A stretch of DNA of 64,000 nucleotides from Bacteroidales bacterium (lineage in GTDB: Bacteria; Bacteroidota; Bacteroidia; Bacteroidales; F082): positions 2,977 to 66,976 of the forward strand of contig JAKIVD010000021.1 of the NCBI GenBank assembly GCA_021647205.1, in the 5' to 3' direction. The notes beneath the pieces were generated by a model. It was not told where the DNA came from. It saw only the letters and a list, made by a program, of their open reading frames with translations, and searched no databases. The position numbers and the translations under genes were made by a program. Positions 17,299-25,603 of this stretch are shown here, in pieces. Each line of letters opens with the position of its first letter. Within the stretch, counting starts at the first letter, position 1.

Positions 17299-18546
17299 CT
17301 AAGCCCCTCTTTTGTAAACGATGGCAACTACTGTTACGTCGTCGCCTCCCATATTAATGGTCATGCCGTAAGGACGGTCGTCGGAAATTTCGATTTGGGC
17401 TTTCCCGGCTTTTCCGGTGAGTTGCTGCCAGATGGTAACGGCCTGGTGTACACCGGTTGCCCCCGTTGGATGCCCCCAGCCAATCAGCCCGCCGGTGGTG
17501 TTCATCGGCATATAACCGTCGCGTGCCGTATTTCCTGCATCCACCCAGTCGGCACCTTCGCCTTTTTTGGCCAACCCCAGTCCTTCAACAGCCAGGATGC
17601 CGGCAATCGAAAAACAGTCGTGGGTTTCGATGGTGCCAATCTGGTCGATGGTTACCCCGGCGCTTTCCATGGCCTGTTTGGCAGCTTTTGGGATGGCCTC
17701 CAGTTCAGCAGGGTCTTTGGGGTCGTTGGTAATGTCGCGGACAACCTGTGCCCATCCCACTATTTCTACAGCATCTTTCTTGTCAACACCAATTTTTTTG
17801 AGGCCTTCTTCAGAGCATATTGCAATAGCGGAAGCGCCGTCAGAAACTTTGGAACAATCCAATACGGTAAGATTGTCCACAAAAGCGGCGCCATTGGGTT
17901 TCATTTTTAAGGCCAGTGCGTAGGGGTCGGGCGTGGTGTTGTGGTGCTCCTGCGCAGTTTCATCGAGGCGTGCATTTTCCATGGCGTTGGCGAACCAACG
18001 GGCCATTCCTTTGCGGGCGCGGTCGAACCCATACTTTTCGTAATAGGCTCCGGCACGGTCGCTAAACTGTCCGGGAAAAAAATAAGCATGGCCGTTCTTG
18101 CGTTTTTGGAACCATCCGGCACCGGCCAGAATATCGGCGCCGTAAATGGCTTTCACCGTATTTTGAACCTCCACACCAAGTGTTAACACCACATCGGCCA
18201 CGTCGGCCAAAACAGATTTCATACCACTCATCAGGGCGAGTCCGCCGGAACCACAGGCACCTTCCACACTGGTGGCCGGTTTCCATTGCAGTTTTTCATC
18301 GATCATGGGAATAAATCCCGGCAGGTTGGCCTGTTTGTTGAAACGGGCAGCCATAAAATTACCAATCACCGATTCGTCCACATTGTCGGCACCACCAATT
18401 TGCTTGAGTACACCTTTGCCGGCTTCGCTAATGTAGTGTTCCAGGCCCGGTCGGGCTTTTTTCGGGTTGAATTCCCTGCGTCCGGTTCCCATCGAAACAG
18501 TGTTGTAACCGGCGGTCATGTATATTTTTTTTCTTAAATTTTTCAT
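17299..18546 (-). CDS. Thiolase-fold protein, SCPx-type acetyl-CoA acyltransferase-like.
   Basis: The active-site Cys context is VEGACGSGG. The C-terminal thiolase motifs are HDCFS and GGLIGWGHPTGATG. Confidence 0.8.
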   Translation of the reverse strand: MKNLRKKIYMTAGYNTVSMGTGRREFNPKKARPGLEHYISEAGKGVLKQIGGADNVDESVIGNFMAARFNKQANLPGFIPMIDEKLQWKPATSVEGACGSGGLALMSGMKSVLADVADVVLTLGVEVQNTVKAIYGADILAGAGWFQKRKNGHAYFFPGQFSDRAGAYYEKYGFDRARKGMARWFANAMENARLDETAQEHHNTTPDPYALALKMKPNGAAFVDNLTVLDCSKVSDGASAIAICSEEGLKKIGVDKKDAVEIVGWAQVVRDITNDPKDPAELEAIPKAAKQAMESAGVTIDQIGTIETHDCFSIAGILAVEGLGLAKKGEGADWVDAGNTARDGYMPMNTTGGLIGWGHPTGATGVHQAVTIWQQLTGKAGKAQIEISDDRPYGMTINMGGDDVTVVAIVYKRGA

Positions 18547-18717
18547 CTGTTTAAATTTATAGAATCAAGATCCAGGAGTCAGAAAACAAGATTGAGAATC
18601 TTGCACTTGCTTTGAATTACCGTGGACATTTCATCTGTTAATATTTTTAAAACTCATTGCTATTCTTGAATGTCGGTGGAGCAAAAATTTTATCCGTGCA
18701 TCCGCGGCTATTCAATT

Positions 18718-20061
18718 TTAGTCAAAGAAATTATTTACCGGTCCGTAAGCATGGAAGAAGCCGGTAAGCATCACGGTGTTCACATCATCAATATTATGTG
18801 CCACTGCATCAGCAACCAGTTTTTGGCCAATGGCTTTTGACTTTCTTCCATATTTAACAGCCAGTTGGGCGCCAAGGCTTTCTGCCGCTTTCAGGTCGTT
18901 GAAAAAGGCGGCCAGCAATTCATCTTTCTTTTTATTTCTTAGGAGCGATTTCCAGGCCACAACCGAATCAGGTATTTCACCCATCATTTCGTCACATTCA
19001 TCTTTGAATTTTTCCAATTCAACGTAATGTTGTTTATGGATATCCCAGATGGCCGTCATGCGCCCGCCTTTGTATTTCAGGAAGCCATCCTTTTGTGCAC
19101 CACTGGAATACTGTCCGCCTTTTACGCCCTGCTCCAGCATTTTTTCCAGGAGGTCGTGACGGAGTTCCTCATCTTTGTAATGGGGGTTCATTACGTTTAG
19201 AATGAAGTTTACCACATCAATTCCAACATAGTCGATTAGTTGAAAAATCCCCATCGGCCGTACCAGGTAATCCTGTGTAATTTTGTTGATGATGTAGATG
19301 GCTTTGTACAGCGGGATGCTTTTTTCGGCAGCCAAAGCTTCGGCTTCACTGATTCCGTGAAGGGCATCGCGCATAAAGTGTCCGTTGCCGACAAATCCGG
19401 CAAAGTCGTTGGAAGGAACAATGATTTTTCTGAGCTTTTTGGCGTATTCTCTGGCAAAGGCTTCTACGTCTTCACCGGTTTTTTCGGTTACAATCAATTC
19501 GACCAGACGCTGAACGGCAGGCGGGTTGTAGAAATGGAAACCCAAAATACGTCCATCCAAACCGGCTTCGCTTTCAATCAGGTTGATCGGAACAGAAGAT
19601 GTATTGGTAAAAAACCAGGGTTTGTTGGGGTTGTTTTTGTCGATGTCGCCCAGCAGTTTTACTTTCAGCTCGCGGTTTTCGCTTACGGCTTCAAAAACCA
19701 GGTTCGATTGGTAGGCCGCTGCCATGGTGGTTACAGGCCTGATTACATTCATCACATCAAAAATGTATTCATCAATGATGTCGTAATTCTCTACCAGGTC
19801 GTCCCTGTCGGCATACATTTTGCGCAGCCAGACGGTTTTCTTCTCGGCCACTTTTCGTACCTGGGCACGTAAATAGTTCATCAGCCCTGCCAGCCCTTCG
19901 GGCGAAACATCGATGGCGTTCAAAACAAAGGACTTGCCTTTGTTTTCGGCTTGTAGCGAAAGGTCGGCCATCTCAACGGCTGTCAGCAGCAAGATGCCAC
20001 TGCCCATTTTTCCGGCAGCACCCAGTACCGCTACATTTTGTAATCTTTCTTCGTAGGTCAT
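18718..20061 (-). CDS. 3-hydroxyacyl-CoA dehydrogenase family protein.
   Basis: The Rossmann motif is VAVLGAAGKMGSGI. NTSS and HFYNPP are 3HCDH motifs. Confidence 0.8.
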   Translation of the reverse strand: MTYEERLQNVAVLGAAGKMGSGILLLTAVEMADLSLQAENKGKSFVLNAIDVSPEGLAGLMNYLRAQVRKVAEKKTVWLRKMYADRDDLVENYDIIDEYIFDVMNVIRPVTTMAAAYQSNLVFEAVSENRELKVKLLGDIDKNNPNKPWFFTNTSSVPINLIESEAGLDGRILGFHFYNPPAVQRLVELIVTEKTGEDVEAFAREYAKKLRKIIVPSNDFAGFVGNGHFMRDALHGISEAEALAAEKSIPLYKAIYIINKITQDYLVRPMGIFQLIDYVGIDVVNFILNVMNPHYKDEELRHDLLEKMLEQGVKGGQYSSGAQKDGFLKYKGGRMTAIWDIHKQHYVELEKFKDECDEMMGEIPDSVVAWKSLLRNKKKDELLAAFFNDLKAAESLGAQLAVKYGRKSKAIGQKLVADAVAHNIDDVNTVMLTGFFHAYGPVNNFFD

Positions 20062-20070
20062 ATCAAATAT

Positions 20071-20120
20071 TAAAGTTTAAAGTTAAAGGTTAAAGGTCAA
20101 AAGTTAAAGGTTAAAAGTTG
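20071..20120. repeat. Low-complexity tandem repeat (AAAGTT/AAAGGTTAAAGG units) flanking the four-helix-bundle cassette.
   Basis: Seen directly in the sequence. It is an approximate reverse complement of the CTTTTTACTTTTTACTT tract at 20534..20559. Confidence 0.6.
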
Positions 20121-20156
20121 GGTAAACTAAAATCCCTAATTTATGGAACAAGACTT

Positions 20157-20525
20157 TTAAATTTTCTTTTTTACTTTAACAACAATTGCGCCTAATATTT
20201 TTGTTAATTGTTCTGATTCATCAATTAAATAATCTAATTCTTTTCGCTCATTGGTTGATAAATTATTACTTATTTCTTTAATAAGTCTTAGCCAGTAATT
20301 CGTCTCTCTCATTTCTCGTAATGAGATTTCAACTTTGTAAATAAAGTCTTTATTCGATGATCCTGATTGCGCTTCCTCATAAATTTGCTCCGACTGACCC
20401 CGCTGATTTTACCAGCTGATATCGAACAACCTTATATTCTGTTTTTCAGGTAAATATCTGATGAATAAAATAGCTTTTGCGACGAATTTAAATATTCTGT
20501 CGGCAATCTCATTTCTCTTTATCAA
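20157..20525 (-). pseudogene. Four-helix-bundle protein (23S rRNA IVS protein family) gene disrupted by two frameshifts.
   Basis: Hand translation gives EIADRIFKFVAKAILFIRYLPEKQ in one frame and YKVVRYQLVKSAGSVGAN in a second. Back in the first frame it reads YEEAQSGSSNKDFIYKVEISLREMRETNYWLRLIKEI...VKVKKKI-stop. There is an apparent -1 shift near 20433..20440 and a +1 shift in a T-run near 20375..20386. Confidence 0.65.
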
Positions 20526-20564
20526 TTTATTATCTTTCTACTTTTTACTTTTTACTTCCTCACC

Positions 20565-21338
20565 CTACCAATCCGGTTTCCGTTTCTCCAGAAAGGCGGT
20601 CATTCCTTCCTTACCTTCGCTGCCGTCGCCAAACAAAGTTCCGAATTGTCCGGCTTCCAGTTTCTCACCTTCAGTCAGACTCATTTCGATGCCTTTTCTT
20701 ACAGTAGCTTTTATTTTCCGGATGGCCAGTGGCCCTCTGGAAGCAATGAGCTTTGCAATTTTTAAGGTCTCTTCCATCAGGGCTTCCGGCTCAAAAACTT
20801 TTTGTACCAATCCCATCCGCAAGGCATCTTCGGCGCCAATCATATCGGCTGTCATCAGCAGGTAAAGGGCATCGCCCATACCCACCAGCCGCGTTAAACG
20901 CTGTGTGCCGGCATAACCGGGAATAAGTCCGAGGCTGACTTCCGGTTGCCCGAATTTGGCTTTGGTGCTGGCGGTGCGAAAATCGCAGCCCATGGCCAGT
21001 TCAAGCCCGCCACCCAATGCAAAACCATTGATGGCCGCAATCACCGGTATGTTCATCTTGCCCAGACTGCTGAAGGTATTTTGTCCCAGACGTGAAAAAG
21101 CAGTGCCTTCATCTGCATCTTTATTAACCATTTCGGCAATGTCGGCCCCGGCCACAAAGGCTTTTCCTTCGCCGGTAATTACCATTACTTTGACCTCCTT
21201 GTTGTTGGAAATTTCTTCCACCAACTGGTCCATTTCGTTAAAGAACCTTGTGTTGAGGGCATTCATCGCCTTTGGCCTGCTGATGGTTACCACGGCAATG
21301 CCGTCATTCACTTCTGTTTTGAGTATTTCGTATTCCAT
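20565..21338 (-). CDS. Enoyl-CoA hydratase (crotonase family).
   Basis: KAFVAGADI, AAINGFALGGGLELAMGCDFR and GQPEVSLGLIPGYAGTQRL. Confidence 0.9.
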   Translation of the reverse strand: MEYEILKTEVNDGIAVVTISRPKAMNALNTRFFNEMDQLVEEISNNKEVKVMVITGEGKAFVAGADIAEMVNKDADEGTAFSRLGQNTFSSLGKMNIPVIAAINGFALGGGLELAMGCDFRTASTKAKFGQPEVSLGLIPGYAGTQRLTRLVGMGDALYLLMTADMIGAEDALRMGLVQKVFEPEALMEETLKIAKLIASRGPLAIRKIKATVRKGIEMSLTEGEKLEAGQFGTLFGDGSEGKEGMTAFLEKRKPDW

Positions 21339-21366
21339 TGTTATTTTGGTTTTTTTAAGGAAACCT

Positions 21367-21374
21367 CAAATTTA
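21367..21374 (-). promoter_or_regulatory. Candidate -7 promoter element (TAAATTTG) for the crotonase operon.
   Basis: Matches TAnnTTTG about 30 nt upstream of the ATG at 21338. Confidence 0.4.
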
Positions 21375-21450
21375 AGAAAATTACTTTTTGGGGGAGGCAA
21401 AAATTATTGCTGATTGATCATATTTTTCATTGCCGGTAATTTTAACTGTT

Positions 21451-21458
21451 TACTTTTG
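21451..21458 (+). promoter_or_regulatory. Candidate -7 promoter element (TACTTTTG) for the YitT-family gene.
   Basis: Matches TAnnTTTG. Its position argues against the TTG start at 21467. Confidence 0.4.
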
Positions 21459-21529
21459 CGCGCTTTTTGAAAAAGGAGTTCATCAAAACTTGTGACCCAA
21501 AGTATTGTTTAACATATAAAGATATTACA

Positions 21530-22429
21530 ATGGCATTTTTAAGCAAAGAAAAATTGTTCAGTAAAAGGGGGTTGAAGAGCTACAGCCTCATCCTCGTCGG
21601 CTCATTTATTCTGGCCGCGGGCTTTGTTTTGTTTATTACACCATACAAAATTGTGCCCGGTGGTGTTTACGGTATTTCCATTGTATTACATTACCTGTTT
21701 GGAACGCCGGTTGGTTTGGTGGCCCTTGCTTTTGATATTCCGCTAACCCTTATCGGCATCAAGGTACTGGGTCCCCGCTTCGGGATTAAAACGGTTGTGG
21801 GATTTGTGTTCACTGCAGTTTTTGTTGACGGGCTTACTTACTTCTACGGAACCGAAGCACTCGTGAAGGACGATGCTTTGTTGTCCTCCATTTTTGGCGG
21901 TCTTTTCATGGGTGTTGGCCTGGGGATGATTTTTAAAGCACGGGCAACTTCAGGAGGAACCGACATTGTCGCCATGATGATCAGCAAATACACCCGCCTG
22001 CCGGTGGGCCAGTTGATGATTCTGGTTGATTCCGTTATTGTACTCCTGGGATTGCTTGTTTTTGGCGACTGGAAAATCCCACTGTATTCCCTCATTGTGA
22101 TTTTCATTACCGGGAAAGTAATCGACACTATTCTTGAGGGGATGAATTACGACAAAGTATTGTTTATTATTTCCGACAAGTCGGAAGAAATCCGAACAAA
22201 AATCATTCACGACCTGAACCGGGGAGGGACGTTGATTAAGGGGGAAGGGCTGTACAACAGCAGCGAAAGGAAAATTGTATTTACCGTGGCCAACCGCCGT
22301 GAAACAGTCATTCTCCAGGATTACATCAACAGCATCGATCCTTTTGCTTTTGTTACGGTGCTCAATGCAAACGAAATACTGGGAAATGGTTTCCGTTCGC
22401 TAAAGGACAAGGTTACCGAAACGGTTTAA
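21530..22429 (+). CDS. YitT-family membrane protein with a C-terminal DUF2179 domain.
   Basis: Multiple TM helices, GGTDI, and C-terminal GGTLIKGEGLY...VANRRE. The start is set at the ATG (MAFLSKEK). Confidence 0.8.
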   Translation: MAFLSKEKLFSKRGLKSYSLILVGSFILAAGFVLFITPYKIVPGGVYGISIVLHYLFGTPVGLVALAFDIPLTLIGIKVLGPRFGIKTVVGFVFTAVFVDGLTYFYGTEALVKDDALLSSIFGGLFMGVGLGMIFKARATSGGTDIVAMMISKYTRLPVGQLMILVDSVIVLLGLLVFGDWKIPLYSLIVIFITGKVIDTILEGMNYDKVLFIISDKSEEIRTKIIHDLNRGGTLIKGEGLYNSSERKIVFTVANRRETVILQDYINSIDPFAFVTVLNANEILGNGFRSLKDKVTETV

Positions 22430-22480
22430 GAACAGGGATGTTTTCCTTTCATGCCGGGAACTGATTTCCCAACAAACAAA

Positions 22481-22522
22481 AAAAACCGCCTAAGAAAGTT
22501 TAAACTTTCTTAGGCGGTTTTT
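22481..22522. terminator. Bidirectional terminator between convergent genes.
   Basis: A perfect 32-nt palindrome (CCGCCTAAGAAAGTTTAAACTTTCTTAGGCGG) is flanked by an A-run on one side and a T-run on the other. Confidence 0.8.
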
Positions 22523-22555
22523 GGCATCTCCGGATGTGCTTCCGAAAACTGCTGA

Positions 22556-25297
22556 TTAATGCAGTACCAGTTTCCTGGTTTCTACCTTGTTCCCTTTTTG
22601 TAAAGTAACGATGTACAGTCCGGCACCTGAGTTGCTCAGGTCAATTGCCGACAAGCTTGTATGTTTGCCCGAATACACGACTTGTCCCATTGTATTCACG
22701 ACCTTCACATCTGCACCATCCCATGTCTTGCCGGCTTCAACAATCACTTTGTTCGACTGGTTGTAAATCCTGATGATTGCTGCAGGACCTTCATCACCAA
22801 TACCAACAGTTCCCCAGTTTTCGATAAGGATATGATCGAGGAATATACCGAAGCCATCGGTACTTGAAACCTGCCATCCGAAATATACCAGGCCGTCAGA
22901 ATCCGGTGTGTACAGTCCACCACCTTTAATCCAGTTACCATCCGCGAAATCAATATTTTCATATAAGACATTGCTCAGGTCTGCCGTATCGGGGGTGGCA
23001 CCCCAGAAAGCCTTCAGTGTTTCGGTTTTATTCGTCGAAAAACTCTTGTAGAAAAAGCTGACGTAATACTCGTTGCCAACGGTTACTTCAAAAGGGGGTG
23101 AAATAAACCAGTTGTTGTAGTCGGTTTCTACAATGGCTTCCGTATTCCAGCAAATCATCGATTTGTTGTCCCCATGACCAATCATATTGGTGCTCTCCCA
23201 GGTAGCGTCCGAATTATCTACTGTTTGCCAGTATTGTGGCGGTTCTGGGACAACTATATCCGTCATTTGTTGCAAGTAGGGGAAGTCGGCAATGGCATCC
23301 ATGGTTGTAAAGGTGTAAATATCGCTACAGCCTTCGGCAGCGCCCATATTGTTACGCGGAACAACCTGCAGGTAATAGGTAGTGCTTGGGTCCATCACCA
23401 CCGAAAACCCGTTGGTCGGGAAATTCTCTCCATTGTAAACATTCGTGGGTGTTTCCGTTCCGCCACCGTCGGTTCCGAAGTAAACGTCGTAGCTGGTTGC
23501 AAAATTTGCCGGCATCCAGCTAAACCACTGATTGGTAAATATTTCACCTGCGCCATCTTCCGGAGATTCCATTCCAGCAGAACATTCCGGGACAATAGTA
23601 TATTCTTCAATACCGGTAATGATAATGGAGAATGCCTGTTTATTTCCCTGCAGCGAACCATCGTGGCTGACCATGATAGTATAGGTACCGGATTCGGGTG
23701 CCTCAATGTAAACCGACTCCACATTGTCAACCGCATTCTTCGAATCGGTTGTGGCCGCAGCCGAAGGATTCTCGGGGTCTAATTTATAAGGATAATAATT
23801 TGTAAAGGATGCATCATTAATTTTCAGGTCCAAATCGTTCACCAGCATGGGGTCACGGGGGTTAAGCTGGGGTGAAACAGGAAGACCGGCCGGGTCGGTC
23901 CAGCAAATGGTTACGCGCAAAAAATCCGTTCCTTCAGGAACATTCACATCGCGCATGTAGAGGTCTCCGCTGTTCAAAACCAATTCGTCAATAACATTCT
24001 GTCCCACATCATCCGAAATAATATGAGCAGCCCTTTTGGTATTCATCAATCCCCAGCCAAAAATATAATCGGGCCCGGGATGGGCTCCTGCTTCATCTGC
24101 AGTATGCAGAACAAGTCCTTTAAGTGTTGCCGAGCGCATAGGTGTTGCACCATGGGTATTTTGGTAATGGAGTTGCAACAGCGCCATGGATCCGGCCACA
24201 TTGGGCGATGACATGGACGTTCCCTGCAAAGAAGCGTAAGAAGTATTGCTGCCATCCATTGTTGAATAAACGTCAACACCTTTACCCACAATATCGGGCT
24301 TAATACGGCCGTCGTCGGCAGGCCCCCAGCAACTAAAATCGCTCATTTTCACACTGGAAGGGCCTGTATAATTCATCACTTCTTTCACAGCGCCAACCGT
24401 CATAATATTTTTGGCAATTGATTCGTGGCTAATGACATCGTATTCGTCATCACCACCGTCTTTTTCAGGTTTTCCGTTTTGTCCTGCATCACCGGGACCT
24501 TCACCCCTGTCGTTTCCGGCTGAACGTACAATGAGGTAATTGGGCGCGTTAAATGCAATCTGGTCCATGGCCCTTGAATCACCCGTGTAAAAACCAAACC
24601 TGTAATCTTCGGTCGGCGAAACACTGGAATTACCAGTCCATTGCCAGGAACTACCCGTCCAGTTCCAGCCGGTAAGAAAACCATAAGAGTGGTTGGAAAT
24701 TTCCAGTCCGTTAGCGGCAGCAGCGGCCATTTCCGAATTGTCGTTGCTCCACTGCCAGTATTTCAACTTTCCACCATATGACATCCCTTTTGCATCGGCA
24801 ACAACACCGGCAGCAATTAAGGTTCCAGCAACGTGTGTTGAGTGATAATGTGTGGCGTAGTTTCCGTCCATTGGAATGGCGCGTGAAGCGCCCTGGTCAA
24901 CAAATTCCTGGTGTGTTTTCCTCACATGGCCGGCATCCCACGAGCCCAATTGCTCGTAGCCTTCACCACTGATGTCGAGACCTGAACTTCCACCCGGCCA
25001 GAGTTCAGCGGCACGGGTAGTATGGGCTGCCCCGAGATTATGGGTGACATAATAAAAGGGCTGTCCGTCGCGGATATCTACCATTTGCATCACCCGTCCA
25101 TCTTCCAGTTCCTTGTAAACAGGCAGGTTATGCTCAGAAGCGTATTTTTGTACTTTGATTTGATTTGCATCCCATTGTGCTGCAAACTCTACAGACAACT
25201 GGTTTAATGCTTCAACATTGGTTTCTGTTTGGGCACTTAGCTGGCCGGCTGCCAACAAGGCCACAAACAGTACAATTTTAGTCAATAAATTTTTCAT
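22556..25297 (-). CDS. S8 (subtilisin-family) serine peptidase with P-domain-like, FN3-like and choice-of-anchor-like domains and a T9SS C-terminal domain. Paralog 1.
   Basis: The triad contexts are SWDAGHV (Asp), HSTHVAGT (His) and GTSMSSPNVAG (Ser). The signal peptide is ...QLSA|QT. The C-terminal domain ends GLYIVTLQKGNKVETRKLVLH. Confidence 0.85.
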   Translation of the reverse strand: MKNLLTKIVLFVALLAAGQLSAQTETNVEALNQLSVEFAAQWDANQIKVQKYASEHNLPVYKELEDGRVMQMVDIRDGQPFYYVTHNLGAAHTTRAAELWPGGSSGLDISGEGYEQLGSWDAGHVRKTHQEFVDQGASRAIPMDGNYATHYHSTHVAGTLIAAGVVADAKGMSYGGKLKYWQWSNDNSEMAAAAANGLEISNHSYGFLTGWNWTGSSWQWTGNSSVSPTEDYRFGFYTGDSRAMDQIAFNAPNYLIVRSAGNDRGEGPGDAGQNGKPEKDGGDDEYDVISHESIAKNIMTVGAVKEVMNYTGPSSVKMSDFSCWGPADDGRIKPDIVGKGVDVYSTMDGSNTSYASLQGTSMSSPNVAGSMALLQLHYQNTHGATPMRSATLKGLVLHTADEAGAHPGPDYIFGWGLMNTKRAAHIISDDVGQNVIDELVLNSGDLYMRDVNVPEGTDFLRVTICWTDPAGLPVSPQLNPRDPMLVNDLDLKINDASFTNYYPYKLDPENPSAAATTDSKNAVDNVESVYIEAPESGTYTIMVSHDGSLQGNKQAFSIIITGIEEYTIVPECSAGMESPEDGAGEIFTNQWFSWMPANFATSYDVYFGTDGGGTETPTNVYNGENFPTNGFSVVMDPSTTYYLQVVPRNNMGAAEGCSDIYTFTTMDAIADFPYLQQMTDIVVPEPPQYWQTVDNSDATWESTNMIGHGDNKSMICWNTEAIVETDYNNWFISPPFEVTVGNEYYVSFFYKSFSTNKTETLKAFWGATPDTADLSNVLYENIDFADGNWIKGGGLYTPDSDGLVYFGWQVSSTDGFGIFLDHILIENWGTVGIGDEGPAAIIRIYNQSNKVIVEAGKTWDGADVKVVNTMGQVVYSGKHTSLSAIDLSNSGAGLYIVTLQKGNKVETRKLVLH

Positions 25298-25337
25298 GAT
25301 TTAATATTTGAAGGATTATTATTTTTCAAAATGCGTG

Positions 25338-25345
25338 CAAATTTA
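25338..25345 (-). promoter_or_regulatory. Candidate -7 promoter element (TAAATTTG) for S8 paralog 1.
   Basis: Matches TAnnTTTG about 40 nt upstream of the ATG at 25297. Confidence 0.4.
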
Positions 25346-25603
25346 CAGATAAATAGCTTTGAGGGTTCATTTTTTTAATGATGCCCTGATTATCAGCCCT
25401 AATATAGGGGGTAGTTTCATAATTTGGTTTCTGTTTCCCTTAACAACCGGGTAATTATTCAGGCCACCAAACTGTTAGGACAACTTTTTTGAGAATAAGT
25501 TGCTTTAGAAGTTGGTCAAAAAAAAGTTCAACGCCCTGGGGGCATACAACAGCTATCTGCACCCCGTCGGGTTTACCGTTCTCTTTTTTGTAAATTAACA
25601 AGA

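Noticed and set aside
20071-20120. Tandem AAAGGTTAAAGG-type repeats as a possible CRISPR or minisatellite.
   Set aside because: The units are too short and irregular, with no spacers and no cas genes. They are interpreted as a low-complexity flank of the four-helix-bundle cassette.
20139-20151. A shared 11-mer, TTTATGGAACA, also present near 43843.
   Set aside because: By a rough estimate, hundreds of chance 11-mer coincidences are expected within 64 kb. No extended similarity surrounds it.
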